Part shown: positions 1-11,017 of the stretch, piece by piece
How the letters are laid out: every line of letters begins with the position of its first letter
How positions within the stretch are numbered: position 1 is the first letter of the stretch
NCBI RefSeq assembly: GCF_001447785.1
Contig: NW_015165348.1
Location: 1 to 64,000 of the forward strand
DNA: 64,000 bases
Origin: Gekko japonicus
Taxonomy: Eukaryota
Reading direction: 5' to 3'
Notes under the pieces: generated by a model
What the model saw: only the letters and a program-made list of their open reading frames with translations
Database searches by the model: none
Told to the model about the DNA's origin: nothing
Made by a program: the position numbers and the translations under genes

Positions 1-239
1 CCCCTGAGTTCCTGAGGGCTAAATATGCTACTCGCGCGGAGTGGTTTTGCCTCCAGCGGGGCCGGGGAGGGGATATTTAAAGAGATCTGCCTGGTGGAGC
101 AGGCGCCCCCCCCCCGCAGCCTCCCCCCCGAAAACTTCCCCGGCTCTGCCGGCTGCCCCTTTCCATTGACTCAGAACGATGTAACTCTACATAGGACTGC
201 ACTGGTCAGTATCACTGGTTTTACTACAGCGTAAACAGG

Positions 240-389
240 CATTCAGGACGGCCGCTTAGGGCAAGGAGGAAATTTCCGGAAGCTCCACCCCCTCCCTGGT
301 AAAGCCACGCCCCCTCCAGGCTGTACAGGAACTTGCATTTCTCGGTTTGCATCTCGGTGTTGGGTTTGCGTGTTGACCGGGCTGCTATC
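240..389 (+). promoter_or_regulatory. PRDX6: PRDX6 CpG-rich, TATA-less proximal promoter / 5'UTR
   Basis: CpG-rich. ETS palindrome TTCCGGAA at 274-281 and KLF/Sp GCCACGCCCC at 304-313, just upstream of ATG 390. Confidence 0.6.
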
Positions 390-481
390 ATGCCGGGCCT
401 CCTCCTGGGAGATGAAGCGCCCAACTTCGAAGCAGAGACCACCCACGGCAAGATCCGCTTCCACGAGTTCCTGGGAAACTC
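390..481 (+). CDS. PRDX6: Peroxiredoxin-6 exon 1
   Basis: ATG CCG GGC.. gives MPGLLLGDEAPNFEAETTHGKIRFHEFLGN(S). Donor gtgagt at 482, phase 2. Confidence 0.97.
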
Positions 482-961
482 GTGAGTCGTAGTAATAATA
501 AATAATGGTGGTGACTGTGCGAGGGCCTTCCTTTCCCGCTGCCAACAACTTGATCGATGCCTTGCTTCTTTTCCAGTGGGGGTGGGATGGTGGGCAGGTT
601 TTAGGGTAGCCGTCGTCCCGCTGCAGAAAAGGGACGACCTAAATATCCACGGCATTGGAGTCTCTTACTTACGAGGAGAGGTCGAAGCATATGGCGCCTC
701 TTTCTGTGTTACCTCTTCCCTCCCCCACCCAACCAAGACTAAGAGGGATGTGTGATGGTGGCTTATTAAACGATGCATAGTGTGGGGAAGCGGCTGGAGG
801 AACATCTCGACCAAAACGCAGAATGGATAGACTGTAGATGCAGGGCGGGCATGACTTCCCCACGGTGCATGCTATAGGAATGGCCGCTCGTTAGGTTCAG
901 CTCTGTTTACCTGATGACTTTTGTGAATTTTTCCTGTTTTAGCCTAATTCATAGGACTGTT

Positions 962-1106
962 GAATTCAGGTGGAGTAGCTGTGTTGGTCTGAAGGGGCAC
1001 CTTTAAGACCAACAAAGTTTTATTCAGGGTATCAGCTTCCATGTGCGAGCACGCTGTATTTAAGGAAGTGTGCTTGCACACGAAAGCTTACACCTTGAAT
1101 AAAACT
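962..1106. mobile_element. Penelope-like terminal fragments in inverted arrangement
   Basis: GTAGCTGTGTTGGTCTG..CACCTTTAAGACCAACAAAGTTTTATTC, then the inverted GTGTGCTTGCACACGAAAGCTTACACCTTGAATAAAAC. Same family at 6411, 19795, 21465, 40735/41371 and 45055. Confidence 0.65.
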
Positions 1107-1769
1107 ATGAACAAAGGTTCATGGGATTGTTGTGAGACTAAAATGGTTGATGGGAGAACGATGTGTACTATCCTGAGCTTTTTTTAAAAAAATTTAAAGT
1201 TCTTTTTATTAATTTTCTCATAAACAGTTTTCAGTAACATTACTATTAACAGCTTTTTGGAGGAAGGGTGGGATAAAAATGTGCTTTATTGGAATATAGA
1301 AGAGTATTTGCCTACTTTAAAAGTTCTGCCCCCCCACGCACACTACAAGATCACACAAGCACTTGCTCATAGGATACCTGTATGCTTCAGCGGTTGCATT
1401 AGTATTAATTAGGGGTTACTTTGCTTCAGAAAAGTAGTAAGGCGCCTGAATGTGGAGATCTCAACATCAAAGGAGAATGTACATATTAAGTTTGAATTTG
1501 GAACAAATTCTGCTTGTTCCAAATAGTAACAGTTGTATGGAGTAAAATGCAGCATTGTGGATGTTTTAGTAGTTTACCAATATTGTCAAGTATTGGGCAA
1601 AACAGAAATGGAATGGGCCAGAGAATTCCCCTTTGGATGGATAGGAAAGCTAAGGAATATGAAGTTAACATTGGGTAATTGTGCAAACTATACTTGGGTA
1701 CATTTATGGCAAAATAAAGCCCTGCTGAATTCAATAGGTCACTCGCAGAGAAGTGTTTAATTCATGTAT

Positions 1770-1980
1770 ATTCCACTTTTCTCTGTGCTGGGGACTAAGT
1801 GGTTTATATAGCATTCTCCCCTTCAAGTTTATCCTCACTTCAACACTCTGAGATAGGTTGCAACACTGTATATCTAGCACAAGGTCACCCAACATGGCTT
1901 CCATTGGCAGAGTGGGGATTCGAATCTAGGTCTCTCAGATACTAGTGTGACCCTCTAGCCACTACACTATGCTAGTTCTC
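1770..1980 (-). mobile_element. Degraded MIR/Squam3-type SINE
   Basis: CAAGGTCACCCA..GGGGATTCGAATCTAGGTCTCTCAGA..CCACTACACT (tRNA-like head on -). Confidence 0.6.
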
Positions 1981-2935
1981 TTATGGTGTTGATAAGACTT
2001 CCTCTTTTTAAAAAATGAATGCACGGCCCTTAGTTTTGCAAATGATGTATTCTGTTACGGATTGCCTCTCCGTATCCAACTCTATGAAGGTTGGGGGAGA
2101 TTTCAACTAAGGTGTGCTCATGGATACTTAATGCGACCAAAGTCTCCAGTGTGCGTTAACCACCTTGTTGCACACAGCCTGACTGCATGTAGCAAAGGTA
2201 AGGAAGGAATACCAGAGAACCACCAATTTAATTTTTAATCTGCATCCACGTCCCTCTGCAGGATGCCATTGCTAGCCCATCTACAGGCTATTTAATTATA
2301 CCTGATCTGTTGTATGATCTGTATCCATGCAGACCATGCCAGTTTTAGAATTGCCTGGGGAGGGCGGGGTATAAGTATGAATAAATAAATAAATAAATAA
2401 ATTGCTTTATTACCAAGAAAAAGTCTACTGAGATGAAATTGTGTCACGTGACAGAATGGCCCCTGCAGGAGCCTCTCTTCTGCTGCAGGGTGTGTGAGAT
2501 TTACTCAGCTGGATCAGGTCCCAAGTTGCTAGCTCTCAATGAGAAGTTAACCTCTTCAGCCTTGCTCCACCACTTCCAAAAAGGAATAAGAACTTTTACC
2601 GCATGCTGCCAAGAGAGGCGTATAGGGGTATGATAGTGGTCTCTGGCAGCAAACCCATAGTGTATGCATGTCTCTTTTTGAAGACTCTTTAGGTTAAGGA
2701 CTCCAGGTTTTTCCTGCTCTGTTGTGTAACCTAGAGGGACCAAATGTAAGACATTTTAAGGTGTGGGCACAGAATGATCACAACCGCACTAAAAATTAAC
2801 TTCTTGGTTACAGAAGGGAAGAATCATGTAGAGCAAAGAGAAATTAAAATGAATGCTAAAAGCAGTCTTTTATCCCCAGGTCTAAAACTTATACCTCTCT
2901 GATACGTAGATGGAATAATCTTAATTGCCCGATTT

Positions 2936-3219
2936 GTACGGAGCTCCGGAAGAGAACCTCTAGGGGGCAGGGCGGTCACGTGGTGAAGCCCCGCCCCCTT
3001 CTTTACCCCGCCCTCTGCTTCGATCCTCATTCCGTTTGGGAATGAGGATGAAGCAGGAGGGTAAGTAGCCGGGCCTTCTGACACACTTCCGGTGATGTCA
3101 GGGGGTGTGGCCTTCTGTCACTTCCGGTGATGTCAGGGGGCGTGGCATATGCAAATAAGTTATGCTAATGAGTTATGCTAATGAGCTCCGGCAGCTCTTT
3201 TTCTACAACAAGACCCCTG
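2936..3219. mobile_element. One-ended hAT-like MITE fragment flanked by 37-bp direct repeats
   Basis: Ends in ..GACCCCTG (a CAGGGGTC TIR). Flanks 2899-2935 and 3220-3256 are identical except for 1 nt. Confidence 0.6.
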
Positions 3220-3516
3220 CTGATACGTAGATGGAATAATCTTAATTGCTCGATTTCAGTTTCCATTTCTTTGCATTGGTTGTCTTGAAGCTATCTTTCC
3301 ATCTTTTCAACCAGCTTTTGGCCTCTGTCAGAATGCTTCTTCAGAAACTCTGAGGATATTCTCCTGGAATTTCTCACATTCCAAGCAAACCCCAAACGCA
3401 GGGTAGGGCTACCCCCCTTTAAGCATCAGCAGCTTCTCCCCTGCTGTCGGTGGTTCAATGCCTGGCCACCAAAGCGACTTTAAAGAGTTTAGCCATCTAA
3501 AATGGTTCGAGTCCAC

Positions 3517-3722
3517 CAAGGCTCCCTCTAAGCTGTGGAATCCTGTGAGCAAAAATTCTACTTGGTGAGCTCCTGGCATTAAAGCTGTGAGCGAGTGATT
3601 TGGCTGCTGCATGAATTAGTTTGCTCTGAAGCCCTCCTTCCTGAGCTAAGACAAAAATATGTGAGTCGGAGGCTAAAAAACTGTGAGCTAGCTCACACTA
3701 ACTCAGCTTAGAGGGAACACTG
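3517..3722 (-). mobile_element. hAT MITE family A, copy 1
   Basis: TIR CAGTGTTCCCTCTAAGCTG. Perfect 8-bp TSD GAGTCCAC (3509-3516 / 3723-3730). Homologous to the copies at 18099 and 63513. Confidence 0.9.
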
Positions 3723-4376
3723 GAGTCCACTACTGGACCGTGCAATCCTGTCCCCCATGTGTTTTTAAGTGCTGGGGGGGGAGAGATTGCGGGCTTGCAC
3801 TGCACCATGGGCTTGGTCAGGATTGGGCCCTTGCCGCATTTTTAAATGGCCAGATTCTTCTTTAAAATGGCATCCGTGGCCATAGGTTGGGCTCATGACC
3901 GTCATGATGTCTAGTTTGGCTCCCAGTCTGCTGCTGACATGGTTGCCCTGATTCTGTAACAAAACTGACTGTTCAGTTTGGCTGTTTAACATTAACGTCT
4001 GAATTGCTGTCTTCCCACACAGAAAGCTATATTTATCCAGCTAGGAAAATGGCGTGGCGGTAAACTAGCCTCTGAGCACTAGCAGGATACTGATTAAAAA
4101 TTATTCTTCCAAGTGTATAGCTTTTACATAAGTGCCTTGAGGGGGGAGGTGTCAGTTCACCACACTTGGTAGGCACGTGGCAAATATTGGTAAAGAGACC
4201 ATAAGAGTTACTTTGTTGGAATCCATTCTTGCAAAAGACTAATAAATTAGTAATAAAATATGAAAGTGTTCAGTTTATGCCTGTAGCAGATCTCAAGATG
4301 AACCTCTAACAACTAAATCTCCCAGGGCAGTACATGGTTAATTCTGATCATTTAACTCCAGCCAAGTGTGTATACC

Positions 4377-5008
4377 TAGAGATGTAAAATTTCCGGAAAT
4401 TTTGAAGCTCTGAAAAAAACACCCGTTTTTTCCGGGAAAAAACAGAAATTTTCGGAAAAATTGAAAAAAGGCTAGATTAGCATTTCTTTTGTCTTTTCTA
4501 GATTGAAAGTCATTCTGTTACTTTAGGAACATAAAATATGACTATGGACATTTTTACTTGGCATGAAATTATCACAACTAGCATATTAAAAATATAGTGT
4601 GTCCAAACAATTATTACAAACAGACTACCCACCCACATGCAAAAACAAAACGTTTTTATTTTCTTCTGACAATCGCACCTCCTAAAGGAAGAAATGCATC
4701 TTGTTCTTGCATTGGAGAGTTCAGTTTGTACCCTAGGACTTGCTTGTCCTCAGTGCACAGAAATTAGATCAATCTGATACCATATATATATATATTAGAA
4801 ATGATTTGGAAAATATTTGAACACCTTGTCTTAAAATATTTTATTCATCATGTTAAAATAAAATGTCCCATAATCAATTTTTTTTCTTTTCTTTTTTCAA
4901 TTTTTCCAATTTTTCGGAAAAAAACAAAAAGGCTTCAGGAAAAAAATGGGAAAAAACCCGTTTTCCCCTCGAATTTTTCCGGGATTTTTCCGGGCCTTCA
5001 CATCTCTA
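4377..5008. mobile_element. Non-autonomous hAT element, 632 bp
   Basis: TIRs TAGAGATGTAAA / TTCACATCTCTA. Perfect 8-bp TSD TGTATACC. Subterminal TTTCCGG(A/G)AAA repeats. Confidence 0.88.
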
Positions 5009-5304
5009 TGTATACCCTGTTCTTATGAAACTGTTCTTTGGAGCCTTTATAGTTAGCAACTTGTACTTATGTCATCCAACATGTTAGCAACTTGTAGTTA
5101 CGTCCTCCACACCCAGTGACTGCAGAAATGTATTTGCGGTGCGTATTCCTACACTCACAAGTGGCATGATGAAGTCCAGTACCCCTCACCCATTTCTAAG
5201 TGGTACATTAACATTAGAGTAGAATTCCACCCAAGCTCAACATGAATAAAGTAGAATGTGTGCTGTTCTAAAGGATTCTTTGAAGTGCCTGTGATTGGGA
5301 GGCT

Positions 5305-5517
5305 ACAAGGTATAGATAGGAACTCTCAGTCTGGGGCAAGTGATGCTCTGTATTCTTGATGCTTGGGGGGCAACAGTGGGAGGGCTTCTAGTCTCCTGGC
5401 CCCGCTGGTGGACCTCCTGATGGCACCTGGTAATTTTGGCCACTGTGTGACAGAGTGTTGGACTGGATGGGCCATTGGCCCGATCCAACACTGGCTTCCT
5501 CTTATGTTCTTATGTTC
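5305..5517 (+). mobile_element. CR1-type 3' end
   Basis: ..GTTGGACTGGATGGGCCATTGGCCCGATCCAAC.. ending in a CTTATGTTCTTATG tail. Inverted homolog at 20528-20735. Confidence 0.75.
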
Positions 5518-6410
5518 ACTGCATCTTCAAGAACATTTGCTCCAAACTCATTATTCTCTTTAAACTTGGATTTAGAACAAAGCAGGAGGGTACATATAAC
5601 TTAAGAGTGGGCTTCTCCCCTCCTTGCTTTCCAGCAAGGCTGCATAACAGCAGTTCTAGAGGGCTTTGGGGCAGCCTGAACCTGGGCAGAAGGGGAATAC
5701 CTGTGGGTGGGTAGCATAAAGTGATTTTAGACTGGTTTTTAATACCTTGTTTTATGCAGTTGTTTTTACATTGTAGTTACCTGTCTTGGGTCATGAGATG
5801 CTCAGAAGAAAGGCAGGCTTATGTTTTAAATAACTCAGAGAAGTGCTAGGTAAATTATAGTGGCTTCCTGTGAAGGTGCTAAACAGACATGTGACAGGCT
5901 TCAAATTCATTAAAAAAACAATGGAGCTTTCGCGACAGTAGCTTGCCTGCAAGCCAACAAAGTGTTTTTTAAACAAGTTACCCCCCAAGCTTACATAGAT
6001 TAGACTTTTCTCTCTTACTGTTTCATAAACCTGGAGACTTGAACATGTTCCAGAGGAAACTTGCAACACCACTTGCAAAACTTGCCAGCAGCACTGCTGT
6101 CTGTGGCTTGGCTCAGTATGCTGAACTAGGATATACCCCAGAATCACCAAGTCTGTCCTTCTGCCTTCAGGCAGGCTCTTTTATACCTTACAGGTTCATC
6201 TGTGCAGTTGCTCCAGATGGCTCAGGTAGGGTGAGCCAAGCTGCTGTTGAAGGCATCCCTCAAAACAATCAGGGTCACTAGCCAATCTGACCTGAGGGAA
6301 ATTCCTTCCAGCCCTACATATTTGTTGTTGACAATGTTGACATTGGTAAGCAGCTGGATTCTGTGAATAGCCCTTTTCAGTCTCTTTTTTTAAAACCTTG
6401 TTGGTATATC

Positions 6411-6965
6411 AAGGTGGGTAGTAGTCGTGTTGGTCTGAAGCAACAGAACAAAGTTAGAGTCCAACAAAGTTTTATTCAAGGTGTGAGCTTTTGTGTGTAT
6501 GCATACTTTGTCAGATGATGAAATGGAATTACATATCATAGTTGTATATACAGAAGTGTTTTGTTAAAGTTGCGTGCAAAATAGTGAGGACAAGGAAAAC
6601 ACTCTATACAGCCAAGATGCTGTAAAATTCACCTCCATGCTTGAAGAGAGATGGATGGGGCCTAAGGATGGGATTCTCACAAATTGGAACACATCAATCT
6701 CCAGTTCTGACATATTTATTACCTATGTTTTTTCCTCCCAGTTGAGCCGAAGCAGGTGATAACCAGGAATTAAGGTTGTCATTCTTTTGATCTGGTAAAA
6801 AATGTGTCCTCACCATTTTGCATGCTAATTTAACAAACTATATATATACAACTATGGTACATAATTCCATTTCATCATCTGACAAAGTGTGCATGCACAT
6901 GAAAGCTCACACCTTGAATAAAACTTCGTTGGTCTTAAAGGTGCCATTGGACTCTAACTGTTCTT
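6411..6965. mobile_element. Penelope-like element remnant with long inverted arms
   Basis: ~6460-6592 is the imperfect reverse complement of ~6804-6935. Contains a CTGACAA-stem-GAAA hammerhead-like core. Confidence 0.7.
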
Positions 6966-7668
6966 TTGTAGGTATATGTTAATCTCAGTTTAATGATAGC
7001 CCCATATACCCTAGAGTAAGGGACTGTAGGACAAATACCCAAATTCTTGGGTCAGGATTGAATACATCCATGGGGCCACAATTAAAACATTAGGTTAAAT
7101 TCATAGAGATACATGACTCGTTTGTTGAAACAACTGAAATTCTCTGCTTCCACAAATGTTCTAGTGAGGCTGATAGTTTTACACCATCAGGTCTCCAGCT
7201 GACATTTATAAATGACCAGCTTCATGTCATTAGGTCATGTGAATATGTGAAGCCGTCAAGGTCAGTGATGTCTGCTCTGACCAGCAGCAGTTCTGTGCGG
7301 TTTTGGATCAAGGTCTTCAGCATCATCTGCTATGTGATCCTTGATGCTGGAGATGGAATTTGGCACCTTCTGCATGCAAACAGGTGTTCTACCATCGAGC
7401 CATGTCCCCCTCCAGATCTTGTAATCCAGCATTGTCTTCAGGTTCAGAATGGATCGGAGTCACTTTGTGACCTTTACTTGTAATGTCAAGCATCAGGCAA
7501 TGAGTTTATAATTTTTTTTAAGACACCACCTTTAGTGCAAACAGTGTATGAAGGAGGTTTATACACTGTTCCAGCAAGCAGCCCTTGGGCTTGGTTAGCA
7601 ACGCCATAACGCTTCTTCAAGGGTTGTAGAGAATTCTAATCGGAGCCAATGTACTTATGATTCAGAAC

Positions 7669-7679
7669 TGCTGAGTCAC
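7669..7679 (-). promoter_or_regulatory. Consensus antioxidant response element (NRF2/sMAF, AP-1) in PRDX6 intron 1
   Basis: + strand TGCTGAGTCAC = GTGACTCAGCA on -, an exact RTGACTCAGCA in non-repeat sequence. Confidence 0.5.
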
Positions 7680-10600
7680 TAGCAACCAAGCCGTTTACGG
7701 GGATTTTAAAAAGTCAATAATTTCTCAGCTTACGATAAGGAAACATGTGACAGTGGCTTTTGTAATGTCTTAAAGCTCCAGTTTCTCAGGAAGAAAACCA
7801 TTAAAACACAAACTTCTTGGACTGAGTACAAAGAACATAGCTGTTCGAAAAAGGGCAGCCCGCCTGAGAAGATGTGAAAGTATTTTATTTCCTGATTTTT
7901 TGTTCAGCCTTGTTTGTTCGTTTTGAATTGCAGTTACTAACTGGCTTACTAAATATTTGCTTTCTTTTATGGCCGAGGAGTGACTCCATAGGTTTGTAGT
8001 TAAGCATTAAAGCACATTTCCAAGGCAATCAACTGTTGCAAAGCCGTGACAGTCAAAGAGCAAAGGGCAGGGTTCTGTTGGCTGGCATACCTCCGAGGTG
8101 GGGCTCAAAGCATAATGGACTTCCTACAGGTGGCCACTTAGGTCAGGATTGCAGAAAGGTAAATGACAACACTTGGCAAGTATGTCTGTCACTCTGGTGT
8201 AGTGGTTGGAGTGTTGGTTTAGGATATGGGAGACCCAGGTTCAGGTGCCATGAAACTCACTGGCTGACCTCTTGGACCCTGCATTCTCAGCCCGACCCCT
8301 CTCAAAATGTCATGATGGGGTTACAATAGGACTGAACCAGGTATGCCTCCTCCGTGAGCTTCTTGGAGGAAGCATTTATAGATCCGCTGAGAAGAGCTCT
8401 AAATATGCAGTGTACTTTTTACTTTTTGATAGTATTTACTGGATTGCTCTATGGTAAGTCCGGAGCGGTTAGGGTATGCACTGCCCAGCAATTGTCATTT
8501 TAATGCCACTAATGGAATAACATCTGAGTTGGGGGAATTAATACTATATTTTTAAAAAAATTGCAAGCGACTTGGAGAACTTCATGGTGGAAAAGCGGGA
8601 TCCAAATTCCAGTAATGCAAGCACCTGCCAGGCCTGGAGCACAAAAACAGCCCTGCAGTGCTGTGAAATGCAACTTGAAGCCAAGGGCTGCAATCAGACA
8701 TCACGATCACCCACACCGTTTGTAAACCATAATTTGGATGAAGTTTGGTGTGCTGTGGCATCAGAATGCAGGCCACCCAACCAGCCACAGTTTGTTGATG
8801 GGAACTAAATCTAGATTCTAAACCATGGATTGTACCTGGCTTGTTAACAAGTTGAGTGCTGTGGTGATGTGTGATTAGAGAAATCCCGGTTTCTTCAGCG
8901 GCACTGCTCCTCCAAGCCTCCAAATAGGGTGTATTAAACAGTGAGGTTTTGCTAGCATCCTGGCAACTCAAGGGAGCTTAGGATAGCCCCTGGGGATTCT
9001 GCTTGGAGGAAAGGAGGCAAGCTGCAGACTAATTAGATTTACAAACATGATATGGCCATTTACATGTGTTTGGTGCGTTAATGAGGGTTTGTGCAATGAA
9101 CTTGGGGGCTCAAAGTAGCACTTTTTCCTATCTTCACCCTTTTTTATCGCTCCATCCTAGGCAATAAGCGGACGATGTTTTCTGGGTTCCAGTGTGGTGC
9201 TGAAACTCTTTGTGTTGACCCTCTTTTGCCTCGCTGCAGCATTGCAAAAACTGCAGAGAGCCCAGAAGATACAGCCTCTGTGACATTTCACAACTATGTG
9301 CAACTATGCAGACAACCCATGGATACACACTGCAGTTAGAGGGTAGCCATACATTAAGGGGAAAATATATTGCTTAGGATAGTAATGGTGGCATCATAGG
9401 GCAGCTGGTGCTCTTGGGCCCACAGTAAATAGTTATTTTAGGAGAGTGGACTTGTGGGAGGAGATTCTTCTTTAGTGTGGAGCTTTCGTACTGTTCTTGT
9501 GTAAGGGAGCAGGTATTCAAGATATTACCACCAAAATAGAAGATGTGTTGCAACTCCCAAGTGAGCAGAGTTGCTCTTCTCTGTTGCTGGCATCTATCTT
9601 CTGTGCTGTCTTTCCTGCACAGAGAGTGGAAACAACCTGAATATTGCTTATTTGCTGGTCATCGCATTTTGTGAACACAGCTGGCCTCCGAGTTACACTC
9701 ACCTATGCTAGGACTGACTTAAAAATCTTCTATGTGCATAAAATCCAATAGTGTTCGGTTTGGGGATTCTTTCAAAACATCTTGGGACTAGCATTTCTTT
9801 CCTAACTTGGGCTGTAAAGCCAGGACCCTGCAAAATACATCTGATGATGGGGGAGATCTCTGCCAGTGGATTAGATGTTTCTCTAACAACAATAGCCCAG
9901 AATGCCTGCTGAAATGCTGTCCCTGGGGAAACGGGATCCTCAGGGACAGCATTGCAGGGGGAGAATAGGTAGAAATCCCCCTCCCCTTTCCTACTGTGGA
10001 AACCAAACCAATTGCTGGTAAATATTTGTTAGAATTCACAGAACCATGTCTAAGAGGGCCATTCCTTGTGGGGGGAAATGACAATAGCAGGGTGTGCATT
10101 TGATGGTCCAAGTTTTCAGCCTTAAGCTTTTAAGATTAAGACAGGGAGTCTCCAAAGGTGCATAATATAATACTGATTTGATTACTTGCCTAAATATAGT
10201 AATCCAGTCTTCAGGGTGACAGAGGCTATTGAAGTTAACTGTACCGTAAAAGCTGGGATTAAGCATTGCTGGTTTGTGATGTGTCGGCAAACAGGAGCTG
10301 TCATTTTGCACAAAAGGCACTGGGAGGATCCATGCTATTGGGGAAAGTGGGTTTGAATGGTATGCGAGTGCCTCTGAAAGACAGAGAATGCAGAGAGACT
10401 AGTTTTGAAGGCTGGAGGCAATGCTGGCCAAAGGCCTTAATTTCATCTCTCTCGGCATGGTGTGATACAAGATCAGAAGGTTAATGTCCAGAGATTGAAC
10501 ACTAAAGTTAGTTTTTAGTTAACTCTATTCTGGCATCCACCCACCTGAAAATCTCTCCCTCTCATGTCAGAATAAAGTTAACTAAAAAGTACAGGAGGCA

Positions 10601-10860
10601 ATTTTCTAAATGTAAGGAGAAATTTAAACTGTTCAGTTGGATCAGCTTAGAGTGCCATGTTATCTTCCTTCGCATTTTGTCCTCAACTGCCCTGTGAAGT
10701 AGGTTCGACTGGCCTGTGACTTTCATGGCAGTGAGGATTTGAACCCATGTCCGTCCACTCCAATTCCACCACACCGGTTCTTCAGTTCTTTAATAAGATG
10801 ATTACAATAGACTGTGTTTCACTGCCATGACAATGTCATATTAGTTTGTTTTTCTTTTAG

Positions 10861-11017
10861 ATGGGGCATTCTCTTTTCTCATCCACGGGACTTCACTCCA
10901 GTCTGTACCACAGAGCTTGGCCGAGCAGCAAAGCTGGCACCGGAATTTGCCAAGCGTAACATTAAAATGATAGCCCTCTCCATAGATGACGTCAATGACC
11001 ATCTCTCCTGGTGCAAG
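10861..11017 (+). CDS. PRDX6: Peroxiredoxin-6 exon 2 (peroxidatic Cys, FTPVCTTE)
   Basis: ttttag| [52 protein letters not shown] |gtatta. 157 nt, frame-compatible with exon 1. Confidence 0.98.

Noticed and set aside
224-655. 143-aa antisense ORF over PRDX6 exon 1
   Set aside because: Shadow ORF of a GC-rich coding exon and CpG island, with no independent coding evidence.
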